Shown in pieces: positions 14,700-28,291 of a stretch of 64,000 bases of DNA. Source of the stretch: the human T2T-CHM13v2.0 reference genome, Homo sapiens; the NCBI RefSeq assembly GCF_009914755.1, contig NC_060927.1. The stretch is one strand, 5' to 3'. The position numbers and the translations under genes were made by a program. The notes under the pieces were generated by a model. The model was not told the origin of the DNA, did no database searches, and worked only from the letters and a program-made list of their open reading frames with translations. The number at the start of each line of letters is the position of its first letter. Position 1 is the first letter of the stretch.

Positions 14700-15620
14700 C
14701 AATGATTTTGCCTATTGTTATGTTGAATTATCATTCACCTGCTATAGATGAATCAATTTCTGCAATTAAAATGGTGCTGTACACCAAGTGACAAGGGAAC
14801 AAAAAAGCGTAAAGACAAACCCACTGGCCAGAGAAAGTGGCAGGTGATGGGTACACAATGAAGCCATTACACCTGGCTGTTAATTTGGACGATTAACCTG
14901 CACTTCTTAAATTTTCCGTTTTCACATGAACCCGAGTAAACATGCACTGATCTCTCTCTCTCTGAATTGTCAAGGCAGATGTTGGTATAAAGCTGGCTTG
15001 ACAGGTATAAAAATATGCTGAATTATCCATCAACTAATTGCAGCAGTTGGCTGGAGCAGAGGTTAGCTCTGAGTGGCCAACCAGACAGCCAGACACACAG
15101 TCTATCATTTTAAAGAAGACTACAAAGGACGATGTTGTTGATTGATTTAAAGAAAAAGTCTACTCTGGTACATATGAAAACTAAATAAATTATAAAACGT
15201 GGATAATTTGCTACACTGACAGCAGCAAAATTAAGGGATTTAGTTTCCCACACCAGTTTAATTCACTAATGTCCCTACTGAAACCATTAGCAGGGTGGCA
15301 TTTGCCGTAATTGTAATTTTTTCCCCCTACATGTGCTTAATTTGCAGGAAGTTTAACATCTGTGAAGCTGCTCATCTGACGGCCCCAGAGATTAAAGTCT
15401 GTTTATTGGCATAGGGGAGAGGCTGAGGCAGCCTAAAATCTAGGCTAATATTATCACCTTTGCCATGCATGTTTTTCCACAATCTGGAGACCGGTGAGCT
15501 GGGATAAAGAGGCCTGTGAGACCCATTAGACAATGATTAATCCCATATGCAAAAGTATGCTTTTTGAGCTGGGCATGATGAGATAACAAAAATCAATTCG
15601 GTGTTTATTGCAAGACAAAA
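14700..15620. promoter_or_regulatory. Candidate developmental enhancer / conserved non-coding element
   Basis: No recognisable repeat; dense TAAT/ATTA cores, GTAAACA (14936), CAGATG/CATCTG E-boxes, TGACAG, ACAAT, TAATCC; several CpGs retained. Function inferred only. Confidence 0.45.
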
Positions 15621-15765
15621 TATTTTCTCCCCGAAACATCTTCTTAAGGACATAATAGCTAGCATCCAGGAGTGTGATAATTATTGGAAAGTGTTAAATT
15701 AGAGTTCTGGGCCACTAGAAAGAACATTTTACAATTTTCTGGCCAAAGCCTACTTTTGCTAGAGA

Positions 15766-16010
15766 GACAATAAAGTGTGTACTGGGTAAAGCCTGGGCTC
15801 TGTCATCAATTCTTAAGGTGAACCCTGCTTCCAACATTGACCATGGTTTTGCCAAATTATTTCTCTTTCTTCTGTGCCTTTTTTTTTCTTTAAACTAGAC
15901 AATAATAACTAGTGCCTACATTGTAAGTATTTGTGAGGATTAAATGAATTAATACATAGACAGTACTTAATGTTTGACATTAAAAAAACAAGCAATATTA
16001 ACTATCATTG
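15766..16010 (+). mobile_element. MIR
   Basis: gggtaaagcctgggctctg...gtgcctacattgtaagtatttgtgaggattaaatgaattaatacat. Confidence 0.75.
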
Positions 16011-16570
16011 CTCTTCTCATGCAATAATATCAATAACTTCCCTAACAAATACCCTACCTTGGAGTGAGACTCTTTTGTCCTTAATGATATAAATAGGTAA
16101 TTTCTTCATGCGTGTCTTTCAAAAAGTACATCCATTCTTGTGCTCTCTCACCCTCTCTATTTCCTTCTGTGTCTCTCTCTCATTCACCCTATTGCTCTTT
16201 TTCTATCTCTCATTTATATCTCAATTAAAAAAAGTTAATATGGATTTTTCAAGTTTTGTCTCCCTTTGTTCAATTTCCTTTCTCTCTCTAGGTGTACATA
16301 AAGAAAAAGCAACATCTGTGATACTCCTTATACTACTTTGTGGTATGTGGATACTTCTTATACATCATTTATGGAATAAGGTGATCATACATGACTAAAG
16401 ATGGCCCCACACAGTTATTACAGACTTTTTAAAATTATGTTTCACATCCAAGAGAGATGTGTAGATCTTTCAGCTCTTGCTGCTGATTATGCCAGTACCT
16501 TGATAGCATTGATTCTTTAATCTTCTCTTGATTCTTCCTTAAAAAGTGTCTTTGAAAAATTAATTTTGTA

Positions 16571-16956
16571 CAGGGCCAACTACATAATTTATGGGGCCAG
16601 TGAAAAATAAGAGTGTGAATCCCTTGTTAAAAAATATTGAGAATTTCAATACAGTGGCAGCAAAGTGTTAAACCAAGTGCTGGTTCTTTTTTTATTTTAT
16701 TTTATTTTTATTTTTTTAGTTTATTATTATTATACTTTAAGTTTTAGGGTACATGTGCACAATGTGAAGGTTAGTTACATATGTATACATGTGCCATGCT
16801 GGTGTGCTGCACCCATTAACTCGTCATTTAGCATTAGGTATAACTCCTAATGCTATCCCTCCCCCCTCCCCCCTCCACCCACCCCCAAGTGCTGGTTCTT
16901 CTGAATGCTAGGCCCTGTGTGGCTGCCCAGGTCACGTGGCCGTGAAACTGGTCTTG
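16571..16956 (-). mobile_element. MER45A hAT-Tip100 DNA element, split by an L1
   Basis: cagggccaactacataatttatggggccagtgaaaaat and ggccctgtgtggctgcccaggtcacgtggccgtgaaactggtcttg match reverse-complement MER45A. Confidence 0.8.
16689..16884 (-). mobile_element. Young L1 (L1PA2/L1PA3-type) 3' UTR stub
   Basis: tatactttaagttttagggtacatgtgcacaatgtg...cattaactcgtcatttagcattagg; perfect 16-bp TSD ccaagtgctggttctt at 16673-16688 and 16885-16900. Confidence 0.92.
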
Positions 16957-17919
16957 ATTTTAAGTGTTTGGCCCTTAGAAACAGAATCTGAACTTAATCA
17001 TAGTCATCTGTAACATTTGTATTGGTGCCTTACCAATAAGAATTATTTTGTCTGACATGTGGACATAGGCTCTTATTTACAGGACTTTTTCACAGGTTGA
17101 AAATTGCTAAGTAACTACCCTTACTTTTTAAAAGCTGAAAATTTTCCTGACTCTTCAAGAGCTTCCCTGAATATTTTAGAAAAAGATAATATAAATAAAA
17201 ACACACATTTCATAATTAAATACAAACCTTTTGTGTCAGCTCTAAAAACTATCAGTTGACTGGTTGCGGGGAAGGAAATTTAGCATAAAGGAAATGAAGG
17301 AGCAGCAAAAAAAATAAGAAAAAAAAAGTGATGTACCTGAGGATGCATAAATTCTCCCTTATTTAGCCTCTGTTTATATCACATTAATATTTTTGTTGAT
17401 TAATCTATTGCTTTTATTACCTAACCTTATTTACAAATGGGATGCCTTAATTTTTTTCCTTCTCATAACTGAAAACCAAAATATTTCAGTAACATTTTCT
17501 TAAACGTATCTGTTATTTTTCACAACTGTTATTTTTATTTTGAGAATTTTTCATGACAATAGAATTTAAAAATATGACATCACTGACTGTCATTTCAAGT
17601 TTCAGTGCTCAACTTTCAACATTATTATTATTATTTCTAAGAAAATCAATGGAAATACTGCAAAGCAGAATATTACGATGTAAGGTAAGAAAACTATAGA
17701 AAATTCTAACAATAACCAAGAAATAATACTATCGGCGTTAGATCTCTACATACCAATCCATGAAGCATTAGTAACTAAAGGAGTATAGTTATGTTCTAAT
17801 ACTGAGACATAAATGAAATCTTTCAGGTATCACGGCTCTGTGATTTTCAGTATTATTATATGGATGTATTACCTTAAAACTTATTAAAAGACGATATATA
17901 TATTTTAATATACATATTC

Positions 17920-18018
17920 AAAAAGACCTGTCAGGACATCAATATTATGCCCAACTTTATAGAAAATGAAGCTCAGAAGAGTTAAGTGATATTTTCCAAT
18001 GTTATAGAGCTAACAGCA
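17920..18018 (-). mobile_element. MIR fragment
   Basis: attatgcccaactttatagaaaatgaagctcagaagagttaagtga. Confidence 0.6.
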
Positions 18019-18026
18019 AAACATCC

Positions 18027-18440
18027 TTGGAGAACTTATGGGAAAGGGTGTTAGAATCAAAGAGCAGAAGTGACATCATTGTAGCTGTTTACAATAAGTT
18101 ATTTGGGGAGGTGGAAGGAATAAATGATTGGCTCATGAAACATAAAAGAGAACTGCCACATGTCTATTTACTGATTAATTCGTGTTTGCACCCATTTATA
18201 CATTTATTCAAGTACTCTTTCCTTTAATAAATGCTCACTGTTGAAAACTGCAACGAATGTATATGGTTGTCTTATTCAAGTAAAAGTGGTGAATTGAATA
18301 CATTCTTGACTTTTCTTGTTGACAGTTTGATCACTGCGAGGCTAGGAAATAATGAGAAAACTCCTGCCATGAATAGAATTCTGCCAAGCAGGAAGAATAT
18401 TTGCTGAAGTGGAAGTGGTGGGAATCTCACGAAGAAGGGG
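18027..18440 (+). mobile_element. L3/CR1 LINE ORF2 endonuclease-region fossil
   Basis: Translates to ENLWERVLESKSRSDIIVAVY (CR1: ESLWVRI...DIVVGVYY), then FLTFLVDSLIT and EVEVVGNL (CR1: FL..L.DNFLTQ, V.V.G.LG); interrupted and frameshifted. Confidence 0.6.
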
Positions 18441-18899
18441 AACAGCCAGTACCAGCCATTACAAAAGGCGGATTTGAAAATGTTTAAAATATTTTTCCTC
18501 AGACTTGGCTACAAATTAAAATAATCCAGGGAGTTTGTTTTTTTCGATAAAGTATTCATAGAACCCTTCCCCAGAGATGTTGTTTTCATTAAATGAAGCC
18601 CAGGTGAGTGTATGTGTCTGTGTGTGTTGATGATGTGTGTGATTCTGTTGTGTGTTTGTATGCTCCCTTAGGTTTCAGAAATTAATTCAGGAAAGATAAA
18701 CCAGAAACGGTAGAAAATGGTACCTAAATGGTAGAGTGGAAATAAAGAAGAGAGACTAAAGCTGGGAATTAAACTGCTCTAAGAAAACATTTTGAACTCC
18801 GATTTTAAAAAGTATAAATCTTATATAAATTTTAAAAATAAAATTAAAAAGGAAGGGAAACAAGAGTAAATACTAAAATTAAAAGTAAACAGAAACCAG

Positions 18900-20670
<1,771 letters not shown>

Positions 20671-20879
20671 GCTTGTTTGGAGGTTCTAGCAGGGCAGCAC
20701 AACTACTCTAATACCCTTGACCAAAGAATAGTCTTCCTCCACTGAAGAAAGTCATCCTACTCCACTGAGCACGCAGCTTGGGAAGGACACACATGGAGCA
20801 GTAGGGGAGGAAGGTAGCACCTGCCTAGCCAGTTACACCAGCTGAATCAACCTTGGCAATCAGTGGAGTAATAGAGGTC
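20671..20879 (-). pseudogene. 7SK snRNA retrocopy (RN7SKP-type), truncated at both ends
   Basis: gcttgtttggaggttctagcaggg...tacccttgacc...cacatggagc...gcctagccag...gaatcaacc is the reverse complement of 7SK from about nt 25 to 235, with CpG decay; no upstream promoter recognisable. Confidence 0.93.
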
Positions 20880-22260
20880 ATTATGTTAAGTGAAGTAAGC
20901 CAAGCACTCAAAGACAAATATTGCATGTTCTCATTTTTATGTGGGAACTAAAAGAAGTGGACAAGTATATCCACTGTTGCCACTTTTATTCAAGATAGTA
21001 TTAGAAATCCTAGCCAGAGCAATTAGCCAAAAAAAAAAAAAAAGAAATAAAAGGCATCCAAACATAAAGGGAAGGAGTAATATTGTCTCTGTTTGAAGAT
21101 GATGTAATTTTATACAGAAAACCATCAAAGACTTCACCAAAAACTGTTAGAACTGATAAACAAATCAGTAAACTTGGAGGATGCAAAATCAGCATACAAA
21201 AATCAATAGCATTTCTATACATGATCAACAAACTATCCAAAAAAGGAATTAAGAAAATGAAAACAATCAACAGAGTGCAGAAACAACCTATAGAATGGGA
21301 GAAAATGTTTGCAATCTATTCATCTGACAAGGGGTTAAGATAAAAAATATATACGAGGAGCTCAAACAACAGAATAACAAAAACACAAATAGGCAAATTA
21401 AAAAAATGATGAAAGTCTGGAATAGACATTCATCAAAAGAAGGCACACAAATAGCCAACAGGTTTGTAAAAATGTTCACCATCACTAATCTCAAGGAAAT
21501 GAAAATCAAAAGCACAATGAGAAATCAGCTACCCCCAGTTAGAATGTCCTTTATCAAAAGACAAAATATAACAAGCATGGGAGAGGATGTGGAGCAAAGG
21601 GAATCCATTTCACTGTTGCTGGAAATGTAAATTACTATAGCCATTATGAAAAATGGTAGGAAGCTTTCTCAAAAAATGTAAAAATAGAAGTACCTTATGA
21701 TCCAGCAATCCCACTTCTAGGTACATATACAAAAGAATTAAAATTAGAATATTGAAGAGATATCTTCACTTCCATGTTTATTACAGCGCTATTCACAATA
21801 GCCAAGATGCAGAATCAACCTAAGTGTTCACCAATGTATGAATGAATAAAGAAAATGTGGCATAAGTACACAGTGGAATACTATTCAGCCATAAAATGAA
21901 TGAAATCCTGCCATTTGCAGTAACACAAGTAAATCACATAGAAGTGCAGAGTAGCATGGTGGTTACCAGGGATTGGGGAGATGGTGGTCACAGGGTAAAA
22001 AGATTCACTTAAACAGGAGAAATAATTTTTGAGATCTATTTCTCAGCATGTTGACTATAGTTAACAATAATGTTGTGTATATTTTAAAATTGCTGAAAGA
22101 GAAGATTTTAAATGCTTGTAACACAAAAGAATGATAAGTATGTGAGGTAATGTGTATGTTAATTACATTGATTTAATCATAATCCCATAATATATATATA
22201 TACATCATCAGGTAACATTGTACCTGATAAATACATATAATTATTGTTAATTAAAATATA
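20875..22260 (+). mobile_element. L1MA-type element, rearranged and internally deleted
   Basis: 3' UTR piece 20875-20960, RT-region ORF2 20961-21256 (SLFEDDVILY), jump to ORF2 end and L1MA 3' UTR. Confidence 0.85.
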
Positions 22261-22507
22261 ATGATTAATATAACAAATAAAAAGTAGTATAATTTATCAA
22301 TTAATATAGAAAATTTTAACTTCACCTTTTTTTAAAAAAACACAGAAATTAATACACTTATAATACCCATTATGAAAGAGGTTCAGTAAAATTATACTTA
22401 TAAAATCTCCCTGGAAGACAGCTTTGCAAATACTTACCTAAAGCCTTAATAATACATATTTTTTTTTTACTTCAACTTAAACCTGGAAACTTTATTACAA
22501 GAATTAG

Positions 22508-24678
22508 GAAGTTCTAGCCAGAGCAATCTGGCAAGAGAAAGAAATAAAAGTCCTCCCAATAGGACAGAAAAGATGTCAAACTATTTGTCTTTGCCAATGA
22601 TATGATTTTATACCTAGAAAACCCTAAAGACTCTGCCAAAAGTCTCCTGGTAAACAACTGCAGTAAAGTTTCAGGATACAAAATTAATGTACAAAAATCA
22701 GTAACATTTCTGTCCACCAATAACATTCAAGCTGAGAGCCAAATCCAAAACACAATCCCATTTTAAAAGCCAAAAAATAAAAACTAAAATACCTAAGAAT
22801 ACATGTAAATGAGGAGGTGAAAGGTCTCTACAAGGAGAACTACAAAACACTTCTGAAATAAATCATAGGTCACACAAATGAAAAAACATTCCATGCTCAT
22901 GGATAGGAAGAATCAATGTCATTAAAATGACCACACTGCTCAAAGCAACCTATGGATTCAATGCTATTTCTGTAAAACTACCAATGCTATTTTCCACAGA
23001 ACTAAGAAACACTGTTATAAAAATCATATGCAACCAAAAAAGAGCCCTAATAGTCAAAGCAATAGTAGAGCAGAAAGAACAAAGCCAGAGATATCACATT
23101 GCCTGACTTCAAACTCTGGTATAAGGCTATAGTAACAAATACAGCATGGTAGTGGCACAAAAACAGACACATAGACCAATGAAACAGAATTTACCCTAGA
23201 AATAAAGCCACACACTTACAGCATCTGATCTTCAACAAAATTGACAAAAATAAGCAGTGGGGAAAGGACTCCTTAATAAATGGCGCTGGGATAGCTGGCT
23301 AGCCATATGCAGAAGAATAAAACTGGATTTCAACCTATCACTACATAAAAAATTAACCCAAGATGGATTAAATATTTAAATATAAGACCTCAAACTATAA
23401 GAATTCTAGAATAAAACCCAGGAAACACCATTCTGGACATCGGCCTTGGAAAATAATTTATGAATAAGTTCGCAAAAGCAATTGGAACAAAAACAAAAAT
23501 TGACAAATGGGACCTAATTAAATTAAAGAGCTTTTGCATGGCAAAAGAAACTGTCAAAAGAGTAAAAAGACAACCTAGAGAATGGGAGAAAATATTCACA
23601 AACTATGCATCCAACAAAGGTCTAATATCCAGAATCGATAAGGAAATTAAAATATCGAACAAACAAAGAAGAAATAATCCTATTTAAATATGGACAAAAG
23701 ACATGAACAGACACTTCTCGAAGACAGACATAACCTGGGTGAGGTGGCTCATGCCTGTAACACCAGCACTTTGGGAGGCTGATATGGGAAGATCACTTGA
23801 GCCCGAGAGTTAAAGAATAGCCTGGGCAACATAGGGAGACCCTGTCTCTAAAAAATAATAATAAAAATAAATAATAAATAAAAAAGAAGACATATAAGTG
23901 GCCAAAAACCATGAAAAGTGTTCAACATCGCTAATCATCAGAGAAATGCAAGTCAAAACCACAATGAGATACCATCTCTCACCAGCCAGAAAGGTTATTA
24001 CTAAAAAGTCAAAAAACAACAGATACTGGCAAGGCTGTGGAAAAGGGGAACACTTATATACTGTTGGTGGAAATGTGAATTAGTTTAGACACTGTGGAAG
24101 CAGTTTGGAGATTTCTCAGAGAATTTAAAAGAGAACTACCATTTGGCCCATCAATTCCATTACTGGGTATATATCCAAAGAAAATAAATTGCTCTGCCAA
24201 AAAAACACATGCCTTGTCTGTTAATTGCAGCACTATTCACAATAGCAAAGACATGGAATCAACCCACGTTTCCCTCAGCAATGGACTGGATAAAGAAAAT
24301 GTGGAACGTATACATTGTGAATACTATACAGGCATGAAAAAATAATAAACTTATGCCCTTTGCAGCGACACCAATGCAGGTGGAGGCCATTATCCTAAGC
24401 AAATTAATGTAGGAATAGAAAAACAAATACCACATGGTCCCACTTATAAGTAGGAGCTAAATATTAGCTACCATAGGATAATAGACACTAGGGACAAGTA
24501 GAGGGAGAGGGTGGGAGGAAGAGAAGCAGGGGTTGAAAAACTATTGCGTACTATGCTCAGTACCTGGGTGATAGGATCAACCATACCCCAAACCTCAGCA
24601 TCATGTCATATACCCAAGAAACAAACCTGTACATGCACTCTCTCAATCTAAAGTAAAAGTTGAAATTTGTTTAAAAAA
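22508..24678 (+). mobile_element. L1PA16-like 5'-truncated L1
   Basis: Degenerate ORF2 ([14 protein letters not shown]...), 3' UTR ccccaaacctcagcatca...aaaagttgaaatt; TSD aagaatta. Confidence 0.9.
23733..23885 (+). mobile_element. FLAM_C Alu monomer inside the L1
   Basis: ggtggctcatgcctgtaa...gatcacttgagccc...gggagaccctgtctct plus A-rich tail; TSD agacata. Confidence 0.85.
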
Positions 24679-25110
24679 GAATTAATGATTTGGAATTAAG
24701 GATACACTCAAGACTTAAGTACAAAGATGTTTACCATAGCATTGTTTATAATTGTGACAAATTAGAAATAGCCTAAGTAGCAAAAGTAAAGGCTTGGTTA
24801 AATAAATTGTTGCACATGTATACAATTGAACATCTTGTGGCCATTAAAATATACATAGGACAATTATATTTATTAATGTGAAAATGTCAGCATATAGAAA
24901 AAATAATAAAAGGTTATAAACTAGCACAAATCTATTTTACTTACAAAACAAAACAAGTTTGTATAGTATATATAAACAAATAAAAGGAGATTCAGTAAAC
25001 TATTATGTTTAGCTATTTTTGGTGAGATGAGAGGTGTTTTTTCTTATGTTTTTTTATTTTCTAGCATTTAAAAAATATTAATGCATACGACTAAAAATAT
25101 TATAAAAAAA
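24679..25110 (+). mobile_element. L1ME-like fragment (continues 22360-22507)
   Basis: aagatgtttaccatagcattgtttataat...ggttaaataaatt...gccattaaaat. Confidence 0.55.
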
Positions 25111-25297
25111 GAATATGCAAATAAAAAAGATTGTAAGGGCTACTAAGGGAGCTCTAAAAATCACTCCAGTTTTGAAGACTTTATTCAAATGAAATACAGG
25201 AGCATTTCTAACACTATCATTATGCCGTATGAAGGCAGTGTCAGGAGGGTCATGGTCACATTGAGCTTAGAATAATACAAAATAAGATGAAAGGGGA

Positions 25298-25323
25298 TTT
25301 TTTTTTTTTTTTTTTTTTTTTTT
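25298..25323. repeat. T26 homopolymer
   Basis: Read directly; not attached to a recognisable Alu or L1 body. Confidence 0.9.
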
Positions 25324-26004
25324 GCAGAGCAGGAAGAGAAAGGGTGAAGAAACGACAAAGAAGAACAGAACAAAAAAAAGACAGAAAATAAGAACCCTTT
25401 ACGACACTTTTCTGTCAAGAAAAGTGATGTTCAGATTTCTAAAGGCAGAACAAAGTTTACTAAGAGAGAATCAATGCCTGTAATACGCAAAAAAATATTG
25501 CAAGAAAGCACTTACATATTAGGGACTCTGACACATGGGCAAAGGTAGTAACAGAAGGAAATGGGGCAAGGAAACTGGGACAAGTCAGAGTAAACAGTTA
25601 TGCGAAAATTTAAAAGATGGGATGAATTGAAGGGAATGTCTAATATTTGCAAGTAAATGGAAATTCCAGGAGTATAAGGCCCTTGAAAACTGACAGTAAA
25701 TACAGCTGCTCTGCAAGGAGGCTGCCTTAAAACTGCTCTGGCAAAAGAGCTGCAGGGCCCTCTCAGCCCAACTAAGGCTTCAAAAATCTCTAATTCATCA
25801 AACTAGTCGTCCAGCAAACTGATTTGTTTGTAATATGACCTGCTTCCTTTCAAGTCTTTACCGGAAGATCATTTATTAAAATAAGAATAATCTTTGAATA
25901 AACCATAGCTCTCATTATAAGATATATTAATTAATATTATTTATTAATTGATATTAATATTATTAGTTGATATTAATGAATAAATAAATGTATAATGCCT
26001 TATG

Positions 26005-26150
26005 ATTATTAATCCTGAGCATTTATCAAATGCTTATTTCATAGCCAGACAACCCTGATGTATGCTTTTATTTACATTAGGACATTAAATTATTGCATCT
26101 ACACTGTGAAGTAATTGCAGTTATGTTTTCCAGTTTATACATAAGAAAAC
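26005..26150 (-). mobile_element. MIR fragment
   Basis: gcatttatcaaatgcttatttcatagccagaca...ccagtttatacataagaaaac. Confidence 0.5.
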
Positions 26151-26479
26151 CATCTGTAAAATGGAAACATTTAAATGACTACTAAAACATTGTACTTTTT
26201 GCCTTCCTTTATGGGTGTCCTAGCATTCAAGAGTCCTTAGTGCATAATATAAGGGAATTTCATTTGTCCTAGTAGTTGGCAAATATTTTATTTCTAATTG
26301 ATTAGTTTTTGTATGTTTGTTAATTTTTTTTTGTCATTTTACTTATGCTTCATTGTGTAACATAATTTGATGTTCTATGCTATGTCTTTTAGGTTACAAA
26401 AAGAAATGTAGGGTGACATTGTGAAATAAAAAACATTTTAAGTAAAGATCCCTGGTAAGAAAACTAAGTTGGAGTTAGA

Positions 26480-26900
26480 CAGCTAGATAGCAGTCTATTT
26501 GAGGCTCTGCAAATGACTTTCTCTAGTACATCTGGTTCAAACTGACAACACTTTTTTGATGCTCTACATGCATCTGGATCTTCTGTAGAAAAGCATTTCC
26601 TCACATTACATTGCACTGCTGCAGGAATCAAACTGATTATAAACTGGTAAACAGGCTGGTATGCAGGCCACATGATTAATTTTTAACTGTGCAGTTACTT
26701 CCATAAGACAGCCTGTCAGGGGACTTTAAGTTAGTGAAAATAATTAGGTCTCTTATTTCTAATAAAAATATTCCATGTACAATTGCTCTATCTTGACTAT
26801 TAAGTGGATAGACGAAAGAGAAAATATGTCTTTCTGCAACAGTTTCTTGTGACCTATTAGCATAAAAGCTACGCCATCTATTTTCATTGTACATGCTTGT
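26480..26900. promoter_or_regulatory. Candidate regulatory element
   Basis: No recognisable repeat; CATCTG x2, GTAAACA, TGATTAAT, TAATTA, TGACA/TGTCA sites. Function inferred only. Confidence 0.35.
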
Positions 26901-28291
26901 TAAAATTAGAAAATAAACACATTTGAACATTTTCTACCGCATCTCATCTCAAATGATGTTTTTAATCTCAACAGCTGACTTTAAGGAAGTGAGTTTTGCT
27001 TGATTTGTTTGTTGTTTTTTTTAATACCAGATCTTCTTACCTTTTCTGTTAGTGTGTGTTTATTAGAAGTTAGTGCTTTCTTGTTCTGACATAGATAAAA
27101 ATGAATATTGTCATGCAACTGTGCTAGACGTAAGTAGAATGAGAGACATTAGAACATGCCCACTGTACTACCCCAGCAGAAATGTTAAGTGTGAAGAAAT
27201 ATCCTACCTGAGACCGAGTCCTCACATAAAAAACTTTGTAGGGAGCCAGTGGGCATCCTTGGTGGACTCTCCAATCTCCAAAGATACTGCTCTTATTAAT
27301 GTGGTGTTTCACAAATGGGTTGATTCTAAGGGAAGTTCGTAACAGCATCTGCAAAAAATTACAAGAGTAAGTACTAATTTGGACAAAATAATCCATCTCC
27401 AAAAATACTAAATAATGGATGCTGTGAATAACTTCCCACCTTAAGCTACCTTCCTCCCATTGTCAGAATGATTGCTTTCTTTGTCGTACCTAAACTGCAT
27501 ATGAGAAACTATCCATTTACTTGCAGTGGCATTAAATCCTCTTTCCTACAAACTGTAAAAGCTCCATTTTCTCAACTTGCCAACTTTTATCCTACTTACC
27601 AACTATGCAATCAGAAATAGTAAAAAATGTGGGTTCAACAAATTGCTGAACTATTCTATCAAACAATATGTCAAGGTCTAGGTCTTTACTGCCTTTTAAG
27701 AAAATGTACTGCTTTTCTTGTACGTGCTGATAATCTATAGCTCATACAGACGGCAGTTATACCGCTCTCCTTGCCCTCCACTCAACACTACCTTAAAAGA
27801 CACACTGATATTTATGAACACATAAAATCACACGTGACCTATTTATCTAACCTATATGTTCCATTATAACATCAACTCAATTCTCAGCCAAGAACCGTTT
27901 TCTGAAAAGTTGCCAAAATTTAAGTATTCTCTAATGAATTTGCCAGAGGTGGGTGAGAAGTTAAAATTATCCAAATATATACAGATTTCACAAGAAAATA
28001 ATAATGTATTGCACTAAAAATTAAACTGTGATTAGAATGTTGGAAATGTTTTTCTTTACTGGCAAGTGGTAGAAGATAGAAAATTGTAAATTTGTTATTT
28101 TTCATTATTTTATAGTTTTTGTATTATATTTTTGATAGGGAAAAAATATGACATATATAAGCATATGTGTATTTTCCAATGAGCTTCTTTACATAATTTT
28201 TATGTGCACAAATTATGCCTGTAACTACTCAAAACAGTTTTCTATAGAAATTTTCACTTCAAGAAAATACACTCTGATAAAACAGTAATTG

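Noticed and set aside
20961-24345. L1 ORF2-like peptides
   Set aside because: Fragmented by stops and frameshifts in old 5'-truncated L1s
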